DNA of 64,000 nucleotides, from contig NOWV01000031.1 in the NCBI GenBank assembly GCA_003344405.1, positions 434,001 to 498,000 of the forward strand, read 5' to 3'. The stretch is from Trichoplax sp. H2. Taxonomy: Eukaryota. How positions within the stretch are numbered: position 1 is the first letter of the stretch; every line of letters begins with the position of its first letter. The notes beneath the pieces were generated by a model, which ran no database searches, was not told where the DNA came from, and was given only the letters and a program-made list of their open reading frames with translations. A program made the translations under genes and the position numbers. Below, piece by piece: positions 39,741 to 54,314 of the stretch.

Positions 39741-42700
39741 TATGTTGATTGATTGTAATTTTTCAAGTTGGCTAGAATGAGTTGAACCAGTGTTGGTCAA
39801 TAATTTTCTGAAGACATGAATCGAATCGCGCGTTCAATTTCACCGTCAGTTTCGTTTAAAGTCGGGGTAACTTATAATCGAAACGATCGTAAATAAAGTT
39901 TCGCTCAATTTGACTCAATTCTTTTTCTTTTTGTCTTTTCGAGTTTAAACTATAATTGTTGATGATGTTTTTCGACAGTAGTATTAGTGCTATATGACTA
40001 CGTAAGATTGGCAAATAATGAACTCAATTGTAATACTGTAGCGGTTTATTACGCTATGCGACGGTACAGACGTAGTCATGGACTAATTAAACACCGGTTG
40101 TTTAGTAGTTTATGACACAGTATGAAAGCAAATGATTAATAAATATGTTTATAACGAAAGAACTACTAGATACACATCCAGTTATCCATGTTATTACCAA
40201 TTAACATTTAGCCAGGGCATAAATATGAATGAATCAATCAATAATTTGGCAGTAGGCAGTCTGTCCATGACCAACTGTTGATTACTAAAATGTGAACACC
40301 AGACTTAAACCGAACACTAACTAACAGTGCCGTAGTTAACAGTCCCCTTACTTTCTTATTTTAGCAGTATTTAGTTAGTACTTACTAACTATAGCCAGGT
40401 TCGCAGATCACTCACAGAGCGTAGCTAAATTATTACTTGATTATTATACCAACTATTTGGAGTGGTAAAAAACACATTCCGAGGCCCTATCTCCAAGAAT
40501 GAAAATAATCAATCCAAATATTTTAAAGTGTTTCTACTATTATTTCCGGTCTTGAATGGATTGAATATCGAATTTGGCTAATATATAGCGGACAAGATAT
40601 CCTGATAAGAGAAAATACGGACTGATCTGTAGAGGTAAAAGCTCTTTATCTGAATGTATCTTAAAGCATTGGTTAAAGATAATAATTGTACAGTAGTAAT
40701 GCATTGCAAACAGAGGTACAGTAAAAGAAAAGGCTTCAACTTTGCAAGCAGACATCTCTCCTTTGCTTCTATAACCAATATACTATATAAAAAATGTAGC
40801 AAAGATGCAGCACACTATACTATACTAATGCTACTGTACTGTAAAAAAAATTATAAAAGTCCTTTTACTGTACAATATACATATTGTATTAAAATGGCCA
40901 GATCTAGTATACAATCATGCATTTTGATAGACATATTCTCTATTATCTGCCTGCCTTATTTCCTCATTTCTATTCTCATGCTTATAAATTTTTTTTACAC
41001 CCTCTATCAAATGTATGGTTATTTTTCCATTTTTCAAGCAATAACAATAGTCTTACAAGTAATAGGACAACAAGTGCACTTGTCAGCACGTTGCTATGGC
41101 GTACGGTGATAATAGTAGGGGTAAAGATGGCAAACCTTAAAAATGGTGCCAGTGAACAACAGTTTCATTTCTAATCAGAGGTTCAACGAAGGTTAATTTT
41201 TGGAAATCTCCTTCAAGATTTTTTATTTTAACAATTATTGTAGCTTTAAAAGTAATAGATTGAATTTGGTTACAATTGATTTCACTTCGCATCTTAGTAC
41301 CCGTGTACGCATATTGAGAACCCGGCTACGGTATTAAAATTACTATGAATAAAAGCTATAGATCTTGATTAAATCTAGGCGACAAAAAATCTCTATTAAT
41401 TTTGTAACAGTAAAATCATGTAAATTGCATACTGTACAATGCATAAAATTATTACAATTTTCAATTCACTTAGTAATTGACGTAATTATCTATTTTGCAC
41501 TTGTCTATCTAATAGAATAAGTTGATATTTTAATTTATAATGTTACTGGTCTGAGCGGAGCAGCTCCTTGTTCTAAATTGACTAGTTCTTCTTTACTTCA
41601 TACCAGCAATAAATTGCTAATTTGGTAGTATAATTGTACCGACTATTCGGAGTAACGAAAAGCCCATCTCGAGATGCAATCTCAAGGAGCGACCGCTATC
41701 AATTCAATATTTTAAAGTATTATTACCCTTAATTTTGGTCTTTTGCTACTAGTATAACGACTGATTGACGATCAAATTCGGCTAATATCCGGCGAACAAG
41801 ATTTTCTATTCAGGGTACTGTAAAAACTCTTAATTTTGATGTATCCCAAATTTATGGCCCCCATCAAGTCCTAATTAATTATAAAATTATAATATCTATA
41901 ACTAATCATAAAATTATATAATTTAAGACAATACAATCTCTATACGGCATAATAAATTGATTATCCACACGCAATACCCATGCATTGCCCATTGCATGCA
42001 GAGCTAAAACATACAGGCTTCGGTTTGGCAAAGAATGATTTTTAATTTTACTCCAATAACCCACTACTGTATGTTTTAGTAACTTACAGTCTACTACTAC
42101 GGATACGAAAGGTGCAGTAAAGATTGAGCACACTGCAAAGAATAATTTTCCTTATATTCTAATAGCCTACTACTGTATTTTGTAGTACGTATATTCCTGT
42201 TCTAGGTAGATGAAAGATATAGTAAAGATGAAGAATACTGCGTTTGAGTATACTGTTATGTAAGGCTTAATGTAACATATGCTGCTGTTCTACCTGCAGT
42301 CTACTCCACTGCATCAGCCAAAGCTTGTAAGCAGCCTCTCTACAGTATTGTCTTAAAAATTGCAATGACTGGGTCTAGTAAGATATTTTCTACATCAGTC
42401 TACCTTAGTTCCTCATCTCCATTCTTATTCTAATAAATTTTCTCATGTCCTTTCTCATACGTATCGTTATCTTTCCATTTTTTGAGAACAATAATATTAA
42501 AAGTGATATTATAATAACAAGGATACTAGTCAGTTTATTGCTATACCATTAATAGTCGTTGCTAGTTCTCTTTAATTAATAATGTTACAATATTTAAAGC
42601 GCTATAAATTGAAGCTATGAAACTTGAGTAGGTCTTGGTGAAGAAATTTTCTATCAATCTTGTAACAGTAAAATCGTGAAAATGAAATTACTACAACATG

Positions 42701-43649
42701 ATACAATATTCTTCTTGATTATTATAATTAATACAAATGATAGAGAAGAGTTTAAAAGCCCAATTAACCCTTATTCTAAATCTGAACAGTTACAAGTATT
42801 TACGAAACGGAAGCTTTTTATTAACAGTAACAAAATGCTGATAATAGATACATGATAGGTTAGTGGAATAGTATCGGTAATGCTACTTTACTAGATGCTC
42901 CAATAATTTATGCATCATTAGGGTCAGAGAATTGAGCAAATAGAATTGTCCTTTCGCTGTCATTCAGAATTGCATCGAGTAACTACGGATTATTTGAGCT
43001 ATGTTGAATAATTTTACACTACTCCCATACATAAAAAATTATTCCAATACAAGAATATAAATAGATTTAATGAGTAGATTTTAAAAGACATTTACGGACG
43101 ATAACATAAATCGCAATCTTGAACTGATGCTTGTCAACGGAATAAATTATGCCAATATCGAGTACGCAATAATAGTTATAAAATAATCATGTTGAAATAA
43201 TAGCCAATCACACTTTATATTATGTACGGATAATAATCTTACTAAGCAACTTTAAATATGGACAACTTAGTAATCATTTATTCATTCTATATTCGATGAT
43301 ATAAAATTTAATTGCGATGATATTATATCATGAAAATGAGCTAGGACTCTAATGATAATCTGTAAAGTAAAGTATTCAATACACTAGCATCAATTTCAAA
43401 ATTAAGTTACATGTCGATAAATTTGAACGATGAATATTTGATGATACGATGTTTTCATCAAATTAAAAGAATAAATTTCTTTAATACTAAGATGATCTCA
43501 TATCTTCATCACTTGATTTTATCATAAATAATATTGTAGATATCTATGACATAAAATTATATTTTTATCGCTTAATGGATAGTGCCAAATGCTTATATCT
43601 TACGTGTTATAACCATTATAATCAACCCAATTTTCACACCGTGTCGACA

Positions 43650-46600
43650 TTAAAAGGAACTTGGTTGTTGCTCGCTCTTATTGTGCATGCTATAAATTAA
43701 TTTTCCCAATTCATCTACGCAGCTTATTAGGCGATTCAATCTAGATTTAAAAATTGACTGATTAGCTACTCTTGTGTTACGAAGATAGAATAAAAGATTA
43801 ATTATTTAAATAGTCCTAAGAAAGTGATACATCAGCTATTTTTGTGGTAATAAGATGAACTTAATGACATAACATCAACATACGCAAAGATATTTAAACG
43901 TAAAAGAATTGTTTACTAGAATAAAAATTAATTACTTTTCATCTTGGTGTTTTAATTGGTCTTTCACTTCTTCAATCTCATTCTGAGTGTTATTGTCTTC
44001 ATCTTCTACTTCGACTACATCTTGCGCTTGTTTAAAGTAAGTTTTCAGCTATATTAATAGAGTAAAATACTGGTCAATGATTTTTCCCAACAAAACGAAA
44101 CAACAATTTGCTTAACAAAATATTGAGTCTATTTAACCTCTTTAATCGTATCTTAAGGCTGGAAATATACATGTAAGACAGTTTGCAAGTAGCTGTGACT
44201 AGGACTTCTAGTAACAATGCTACTATGTACATGTGATCAAATTTGCTAGTACAGGTCCTGCTAATTAACCGTTACATACGCTGATTATATGACTGTAACT
44301 GCAAGGCTGTTAAAATAATACTGTTTACTAAGAAGGTTTCAATAATAAATTTATTCAGTTTTCAGTTCATAGAGCTATTAGAGATATAATGTGGTTTATT
44401 TTAGTTAAACATACCCCAAACAGCAATTGATCGTAACTTTATACATAGAACTACTTTATTATTCGATAGTGTAGTACTACCGTAACTACGATACTTTTTA
44501 CGCACAGCCCATCAAAGACAGTCAAACTCATTGGAACCGGAATATAATAATTATATGTCTACATACTTAACTTACAGCCATACTTGTGACGTTATCCAGA
44601 CTAACTAACCTTCATTTGAAAGCCTAGCTCTTTCTTTTCCTCTTGACTGTAGTAAAGCCTTTCCCTTATTATGGAGGGTAATTCTCTTTCAATCTGATCA
44701 AGAAATTCCACTTGAACTTTAATCCGACTTAGGACAGCATTACGCTCAATTTTATCGATATCGCCAACGGCTAAACCAACCTATACCACAAATAATTTTG
44801 CTATTAAATTCGTTTATAAAAGAATGTTTCGTTATTGTTTTAATAACATATGAAATAGTAAACTAATTATTGTGATAATAGATAATATACGCTCAATATA
44901 AATATCATATAAAAGTAATTAAGGTTACCGTTAAATTGATAGCAACGATAGGTAAGAAAGTGGTACAAGTAAGAAAAATTATGATAGCAAGAATATCAAA
45001 TGGATAACGAGTTCTTTTTTCATAGATTGGTGTGAAGAACATATCATTGTAATCCAATTCCCCAACCATCATGTCAAAAGTCTTAAGGATTGAATATAAT
45101 CCGCTACTGAATGCTTTCTGTGTCATTAAAGTTTGTAAGAATGTCAAATTAGCATTTTATTTGTTATTATAAAAGAATCCATGATAGCAAAGGATAGGCG
45201 TTAATTAAATGAATCATAATTTGATGATTAATCCTTCAGTATCTAATTTTTTGGTGAAAAAGCAGAATAACCTCATGACCCAAAATAATATAAAAGCTCA
45301 ATCCAAATGCAACGATAAGAAAAACCAGTAACGCTCCGACCTAGACAGAGAATATGAGTGATTGGAGGATTGATAAAATTGAAAATTGAATTGTTTAAGA
45401 CTTGAAATTTTTCTAATTTTGTAGTTATGATTAATAGATGCATTTTTTGCGTAATGTAATCCGAATCTAATCAAGTTAATATATGATGATATCAAATAGT
45501 AACTTAAAATAATCGAAGCCGATATTGTTAAATTTTAGTTTACCTTGAAAAATGTCAATGAAACAGATCGAAACATTGCAACATAAATACCAATTGTAGG
45601 TAAGCTAAAGAAGTTCAAAGGAAATATGAATACATATTATAACTCAGCGATAATTTATCTCAGTCTTATCGAGCGGATAAATTTACTATCATCGCAATCA
45701 GTGAGCTTAGAAAGAAAATGCATAAATTCAACCTGCAGCCAAAAATAAGATTATCTGACACATATTTATTGTTTATTCGAACTTAAAATTTATTTCACTT
45801 ATTAATTGCTTATAACATCTCTATATTTATTGAATATGATCACAACAGTATTATGGCTTACTTCTGAAGATAATCTAATAGATTAAACCAAGCTAGCAAT
45901 ATGGTAATACTACCGACAGCCCATTGTCCAGGAAGTGGTTCCTGTCCAGGTGGCACAACAAATGCAATTGCTGAGACATAAAGAGCCATTTGGATGAAGT
46001 TGCTGATGGAAAAAAAGTATTGAAGCCTCTGCAAGATTTAAAAGTGTAAAATAAATAAAAAATTTTATCTTCACATACAGATCTTTCTATGTATAGTAAG
46101 TATAATAAAGTCATATCATAAAGAGACTATCTAATGGATCTGAATCAGTCTTGGCCCCAGACTCTCTAAAAAGTAAATTCCATTTATGAAAGAATTGCTT
46201 AAGCTACCTATCACTTTTTCTTTCTTTATTTAATATGAATTTAATTAATTCATTGCAGAAATTTAAGGTAACAGCTTTAAAATATAACATCTAGGCTAAT
46301 TTAAGTATATATTAGCAGTAAATTATGATGCATTAATATCCATTTAAACTACATTCAAGGCATTCTACCTTTCGTAGCATTTGAAAGATTTGCAAGAGTA
46401 TATTAACGCAGGTAAAGATAAGGATCACGACTTCTGCTATAAAAGGACCTGGATTTTCTTGCTAAAATATATCCAATACGAAATCAGGCATTAAATGACA
46501 GATCATGGTGATTCTATCCATAAATAGTTGTAATATGCTTATGTTCCTAATTAATTTAATACAATTTAATAGTTCTTCGAAGCTATTTGCAATCTGTATG

Positions 46601-49600
46601 TGATTAAATGATGGAAATTAAGATTTAATTTGTCTTTATGAAATAATATATATGAAAGAGATTGCTACATAAAATTCGTATCTACTAGAATACGCTTATT
46701 CTTTTAATTACTCTAAAGTACAACAAAAATTTTAAGCTAAAATAAAAAATCGGAATTTTATGAACTGCATCAGAAATAATGTTAATGGTAAACGTTCATT
46801 ACCTACTGTACTATTACTGTAGCATTCATTTTATAGAACACTGTTAAGTCTTACACAAGCTGAGTATTACTTTATCGTTAGCTTAGCAATTGCAATATTG
46901 AATAGATATTTTGTTCCCTATTAGGTCAGAAATTCAGGGTTTTAGATTAAAGATTGATGTAAAATCAATCCAATTTCCACAATTTAAAATGAATTCAATT
47001 TGGTGATGGCAGCCTTAATTACTAATGTAACTCTCCCAATTAGTCTATTCTATGAACTTAATCAATTTAAGAATCGAATAAATTGTTTCTGTATTTGCTT
47101 GCATGAATTAATTCATGCGATCAAGCAATTGATTAGGTATGGAAATTAATCTCAGATTTCCGCTTTGAAAGGTAGATAAACTATGATCTCTCCAATGGAA
47201 CATAGTTAATACACTGCGCAAATATGGTAACAGCAAATTTAACATCTTTGCAAATTAAAAACTAATTTCAGTCTAAATGGCACCGTCATGATGCCTATTA
47301 ATAAACAATAGCATGTAATGATTTCTTTTACTCTTACAATCTTTGAGGTACTCGATGTAGTTGTTAAATTTAGACTTGACGAATTTGAGATTGTGGCAGT
47401 AGACTTTACAATATTACCAGGCGGACGTAATGCGACAGTAAAATACGTTAAAGCACCAAGAAAGAGCAAATAGAGAAATAGATTGCCAAAATAAAAAAGA
47501 GCACCAAATGATTGCCTGCAGGTAAGACAGTAATAAATTGCAATTAATAATTGCCCATTAGCTTTTAGAATACTACAATGTTGTATACTTAAAATTCATC
47601 ATGCTTATTAAACTCATTTGATAGGCATTTGGCGATCCGGTGCTCGTAATGTATTTACATTTGATTATTCTGTACTTGTATTATTGCTTATTAATCTTTT
47701 TATTCTAAAGTTTACATTAAACTCTCATCTAGTTTAATATTCAAAAAGAAGAAAGACCAGAACGTATTTGTTCATGCTATGGTTTGCAGTATATTAAATA
47801 TCAAATTTTAAGATTTGACTGTAAAATATATTAAGCCCGATCCCTTCTCCCTTACGCTCACTAAACTATTTTACAAGCATGTTATAAAGAAGTACAAAAA
47901 ATTAAATTTATGTATAATGCTCCATAAAACTACAGAATCTACTTTATATAGCAATAACATAAATACTATCCAATTTTTATCGTTGTATTGAATAATAAAC
48001 CTACCATTTGGCATCTATCAGAGCTAAAGGTAATTCGTGCAACAGCATCCCTGTTCTTTTATAGGCAAGCATAGTCTATTTAAATTAAAATTGAAATATG
48101 GAGTTATACCTTAATCATTCATCCGACTTAATTTAGTCTCCATATTATAAAGGAAAATAAATTTAAATCTTACCAGTAAGGCATTACATTTGGTATTGGA
48201 TTTTTGCTCAGCAATGAGACGAGCTTCCACCTTTGGTCCGGGATCCAACAAGGAATAATCATATACCGCCTAAAATTTATTATTATAGATTAATACTCGG
48301 CACTTTTCATCGTGTAGCATGTGTAAATGCAACCATGAAATTATAATGTCCTCAATAAAGTAAGCAGTCAATTAATTCTTGTTCTAAAGGATGAGAAGCC
48401 ATAAATATAGTTACATAAAATTTATGTTATTACTTCTTGATTGATGTCTAAAATTCGATCTAATAAATATATTTATAGGCTATTATTGCTATTGACACCT
48501 AAAGATGATGATTTTCGGAATGTACAATCAAGGATAAGATTTTATTAAGAAGAGCTCGATTAGATTTGCAATGGCTGTGGTTGTATAGAAATGGTAGTGA
48601 CACTTTTAATTTGCTACTAAGTACAGAAGACATCACGCTATGATAATTTGACGTAGTTGTATTTTATAAGCATAAGCAATATTCAACAGTATCCATTTAT
48701 CGACTGTAATATAAGATGATTATCGTCTTTAGCATTCAGACGAAATTAGCTGGGATCTCAAATAGTGTGGTAGTCTACTGAAATAGTGACGATTCCTTTA
48801 ATTAACATCATCACATGCAACATAAAATTGCGTAAGGAAAACCTTCAATTTTATACCATTTTGTCCATGTCATCATTCGTACTTCGTGCAATAGATATGT
48901 TTAGCACTTCCTACTCATAGAAAAGGATAGATCAATTATTTACTTATCTTAAAGTGACTTAGACTGACACTTATCTTAACAGAAATGCTTCATTATGCGC
49001 AATAGAAGAAACCCTACCGAAGCAACATTGGGCAATTTCTCAATTAGAGCCTGCATAACGGTAAAGCCATTGCCGTCGACTTTATTTAATATTTCCCCAC
49101 TCCTGTCATGAATAAATGTAATCATTTCATGCGTCTGAGTCTAATAGCTTTAAAATATGCAAATTTATTTCATTATAATTTAACTGTAGCATAAGAAATT
49201 AAAAAGAGCTGTTGATGTTGCAAAGTTATAACCGCCATAGTAATGGCTGACGAAAAATTCAAATGAATAACTGAAAGATACGATAGAATTAGAAAATCTT
49301 AAATTTGTACTAATCAGACAATACCGACCATACGCGGTATATAAAAACTCCATAAATCTTTTCATCTTAGCTAAAAACTTATTTACTTCCATACGAAACT
49401 GTTCTAGTTGTAAATCATCACTGTGATAAAGTCCTGTGTGGAAATTAGAAACAGACTACGACTTACCGACGATGCCTTACGATTGCCATTGCTATTTTCT
49501 CATATTCATTTTCAATTGCTATATCCAGACATGTTTTTTCACTAGAATTACGTAGTGTAATATCGCAACCATTCTCAAGAAGCAGTTTTGTAACGTCAAT

Positions 49601-52600
49601 TGAACCATTCCTTGCTGCTACATGAAGTGGTGTTTCCTGTAGCGTAAAGCAAAGATATCATCATTTATTTCAGTAAAACCAATTTCTTTTACTCCTGTGC
49701 AAGTACGCTAATTTGCAATTGCTGTCCTAGGCTTTTAATGACTATTCTTATCATGAATATCGTGCAGAGATTAGATAAAACTGAATATTACACAATTTCT
49801 TCTTACCAAACGTGCATTAATCCGATTGATATGGGCTCCATTCTTAATCAAGAGTTTACCAATCATGGCATAATCTTTTGAAGCAATAAGCTCTAAAGGT
49901 GTCGTACAGCTGCCATCTCTATTAAGATTATCATCGTAGAAAAGTACATCGCGAAATTAATTTAAAGTAGTTATATTCTAAAAATGATTCTAGAAATGAA
50001 ATTATTTTTCGTCAGTAATGACATTATAAAGTTCACTAACCTTTTTTCTACATCGGCACCATATTTTAAGAGCATGGCGGCCGTTCCGATAGAATCATGT
50101 ATTACTGCTAAATGGAGTGGAGTTCTCGCTTTTTCTCCCAAAGAGTTAATTAAAGACCATGATTTTGAACACAAAAATTGAGCTACAACAAAACGCCCAT
50201 TTCTATGGCCAATAAACATTAATCTTAAATATATTATCAATCTAATAGCACAGTATACAGGTGTATGACAAGTATTTATCATCTAGCTGCTAGACATGTA
50301 CTTCATTTTTAATTAAGAAATAGAAAGTATCTATTCGTTGAAAAGCTAATTTAAGATATCCAAGTTAAAAATTTCAAAGTTTATTTTGAAGAGCAGCAAG
50401 CTTCTAGATCATAGCGAATCAATTTATAAAATTATCGCTAGATTTTACTCTACTTATGTATTTCTCACTAAGATATTTATCTTACTTGCATGCTACATGC
50501 AAGGGTGTATTATCATCATCGTCATGTACATCTATTTTGGCACCTTGCTGGACTAAGTATTCAACAATCTAAAATTAAATAAAAACAATTACATAAAATT
50601 TTGTGTTTGATATGTCTAGAAATGTCGGTTAATACTAGATATAAACAGTATAAAATGATAATTTTATTTAGCAAAGTAATCTGCATATATTGATCAATTT
50701 TTATCCTGAAATCTGCTTTTGTAGCAAAATATCAAATTAGTGCTGAATTTTAAATAGTAAAATTTTAAAAGGGCCATAATAAATTGAGTAAAGGAAGAAA
50801 TAGAATGGACTAGAGTGTAATCACAAAGCTTTACTAACTACTGTAATAAGGTTATAGTAAGCACATGCAACTTGATAACGTATGCTTTAAATACAAGTGA
50901 GTGAAAGTCTGTCCATTATAAAGGTGATAGAATACCATTTTGGCTGTCAATTTTAGATGCAATTACAAAAAATATCTTAGCGATTACCGTACTCTTGGAT
51001 AAGCTAATATAATCTTAAAGAAATATCGACAATTCTTGTGGAATAGACGAAAAGAATACTAATAACGTAAATAAATCATCTGGTACTATTCTTCATTTTA
51101 TATCGAGCGCTTTAATTATAGCCATGAAAATCATTGTCTACACGGTATTTATGAATTAAAAATGTCTTCGTATTATCAATAGAATGTGAATTAATTATAA
51201 ACCTGAGAATCTTCGCCTTCAACAGCATAATGGAGAGGGGTTTTTTCATATGTATCAGGCGAATTGAGGAATTTTTTAGCGGGTGTCTAGTAAGAAGTCA
51301 AGCCTGATTCACAACTACGCAGACTTGATATGTTCGCGTATTACCGTAATTCCTCTACCAAAATTACAAATTTTTAAATTAATAATAGAACTATCCAAAC
51401 TCACTTGCATTATGTGCTTAATTAATTGAAAATGACCATAAATAACCGCAACATGGAGGCAAGTAAGATTTTCTTCATCAACTTTATCAATATCAGCATT
51501 ATGACTAATTAAATAATCGTAAATATCGATATGTCCTTTAGCGGCAGCACAAAGTAATGGCGTTTTCTTGGTTTGATCGATTGCATTAACATCAACTCCC
51601 TAAAATATAAAAAACGGTCTTTTAGGAATTTTTTTTCTTGATTTAAACCGGATAAAGTAGCGATGGTTAAAGTTTTTGGATGCTTGTGACTAACCAGATC
51701 CAGTAGTATCTGCATAATAGACAGATGGCCGTATGAACTTGCTAAAAAGAAAGGTGTTTGATAAAGATGGTTGTGGAGGTTAGGAGATGCTCCTTTCTCG
51801 ATAAGTAATGATGTTGCATCCAAATGACCATTAGCAGAAGTAATGTGTAGTGCCGTTAATCCAGCTTTCTGTAGAGTAATGATAATATTAACAGAAAAGA
51901 GCCAACTTTACTTATTAATGATGAACTAATTTTCGCATCTCAAACCAGTTAGCTATGATTGGTAACAGAAATTTCACTACTGTTTCTCCAGCATTTCAAA
52001 TCTACATGTGATAAAAACATCTCTACTATACAAACTAAAATCTATCTTATTCCACAGTCGAAAATAAATCAATTGTAACGTGCTAAATTCATTTCACATT
52101 ATTTTAACTCTAAAACAATTACATAAAGGGTTTATTTGCTATTTTTCACTTCATTACAAATCAAACTAAAATTCACGAAGTTTTCAAAGTAACGAACTTA
52201 CTTGTACAGCATTAATATTCGTGCCGTGCAACAAACATTTAGCTATAGCCTGATATAAATTTAAATAAAACTTAGTAATTTTCATTAGTTCGATCCTGTT
52301 GTAGATAAAAGCTGAGGTAAATACATATGATAAATTAAAAATATAATAAACCGAATCTTTTAAGTATAAATTATATTTAATTCAAAATGTAGAGCTCATA
52401 TAATTTATCTTTGGAGATTGTGGTAAGATCAATTCAAGCCTCTTTAGCCATTATTTAAATGGTAAATATACTCGTGCATATATCAAATTGAATTTTATAC
52501 TGATTTAAGTCGTTACAAATAGGGACCTCAGCGTGGCCGCCTTGTGCTGCACGATGTAGTGGCAGCTGATTTTCGTCGTCCTTATAAGTCACAAGGTCTT

Positions 52601-54314
52601 TAGGATTTAAATTGTTAGTTGCAGCTTCATTGAGGAATAATTCAAGTATATTATTATATCCTTTGGAAGCTGCACAATGAACTGGGGTGGTGCCATCCAC
52701 AGTAGCCGCTAACATATTAGCCTTGCATTTTAACTTTGCAATGTTTGGTTAATAAAAAATAATACATTAATGTGCCAGTTGAAATCAAACCAGAAAGTAG
52801 ATATAAAACTTACTAGATGTTGACAGATTTCATATCTTCCCCTTAACGTAGCCAGATGTAGAGGTGTATCAAGATCATCATCGACAACGTTGACGTCTAA
52901 TAACTTCTTTTCGGTAATGAACTATCAAATATTGCCCAATAGGTAAGTTAATTGGTATAGCTTTTAGTCGATATATCTACTATGTACAACATTTGTCGTT
53001 AGTATTTACTCATATAGCTACTTTCGTATATTATATTGTATCATGTAGAGCCTGCACATGTCTATTCTAAGCGTAAAAGTAGTATCGTACTTTACGACTA
53101 TTGCAGTCAGTATGTAAAATCCTTACATAACTGTAATATCCCAGTTCACAACTAGCATTTAGCCCATTTATACATCTAATACATAATAGATTATTTAAAG
53201 AAAGCTATTGGGTGAAAGAAATTGGTTTTACAGCGAGTACTATACTCTACGGATCTTTATATAATCTACATGAGGTAATGCTGCATGCAACTGGTATCCA
53301 ACTATCATTTGACAGGCGCATGGCGATTTTTTTAAGGTTCTTATATAAAGTAGCTGTTACCAATGTTAATAGATCGAATGTTCACAAAATTAATTCTTTG
53401 CAGGTATCACAAATCCCTAATATCATTACTATTATGCAGACTTTACCTTGCAAATCTGTAAATGTCCCAACTTGCAAACTTCATGGAGTAGAGTATTACC
53501 TTGATCGTCTGGTAATTTAGGTTCTGCACCAGCTTCATGCAATACCTCAAATGAAGCTAGACTGTTATGTTTTGCAGCCATAAACATAGGAGTATTATCA
53601 CTGTAGCCACGTAGATTGATATCTATCGATATCGTTTAGTTTTCATGTTAAAAATAAATAATCAAGTCAGTATCTATAGCGGATGATTACAGTAAATGTA
53701 AAGTATGATTGAGCTGTTAGTATCACTAGGCAATGTCAATTAGATAGATTAATATTGATTACCGCTTAATACTATGACATCTAGCCTTTTAGTAATACTA
53801 ATGCAAGCAGTCTTAACTGAAATCGTTTACATTTAATCAGGAATATTTGTTTATTTAACTTATGATATTCGATCCATACGCAAAAGCTTGTACACATACA
53901 GTATCTAGGTTATAAAGATAAAAGAATTTACAGTACCTGCGCCATGGCTGATTAACATTTTAACCACGTCGACACGATTGCCGCGTGCAGCATAATGAAG
54001 TGGCGACATTTGATGCTCATCCAACTTATTTGAGGGGACATCTTTGCCCGAATAATCACTAAAGAAATTTTCTATAACCGTAGCATCACCAAATTTGGCC
54101 GCCTAAAAGTCAAGTATCATTGGATAATAATAAGCGATGTTTCTATATAATAATTATATTAGGATAGGTGATATTTAAGCATTCTGTAAACAAAATGAGA
54201 GCTTTAATGATTCATTCTTGATCGATTCAAACTAATCATCTTTATTTCTCAACTTACCCAGAATAAATCCTTACTAAATTTGGTATCTGGTTCATTGCCT
54301 ATCTCAGTCAAAGC
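43650..54314 (-). CDS. TRPA1: TRPA1-like channel, copy 4 (most divergent; exons 2-27; start unresolved)
   Basis: Open frame from exon 54258-54314 (ALTEIGNEPDTKFSKDLFW) to last exon 43650-43740 (QPSSF*), with the same intron phases as the other copies. S1 exon 47338-47515, pore exon 44929-45117 (FDMMVGELDY), then VGLAVGDIDKIERNAV. Candidate upstream exons are 54851-54902 and 57289-57344. Confidence 0.88.

Noticed and set aside
40540..41174. Cluster of overlapping ORFs including the 151-aa plus-strand ORF
   Set aside because: Composition typical of AT-rich noise, no recognisable domain, and no open counterpart noticed in the homologous region upstream of copy 1.
41906..42133. 75-aa minus ORF vaguely like a hAT dimerisation segment
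   Set aside because: The key ERxFS motif is absent and no TIRs were found.
45995..46028. Suspected frameshift in the poly-T run of copy 4 exon 21
   Set aside because: Counting gives seven T, which keeps the frame (YFFSISNFIQ); the exon is 167 nt, as in copy 1.
46800..46830. Possible micro-exon in intron 19 of copy 4
   Set aside because: Candidate lengths break the frame or encode a stop; exons 19 and 20 join in frame without it.
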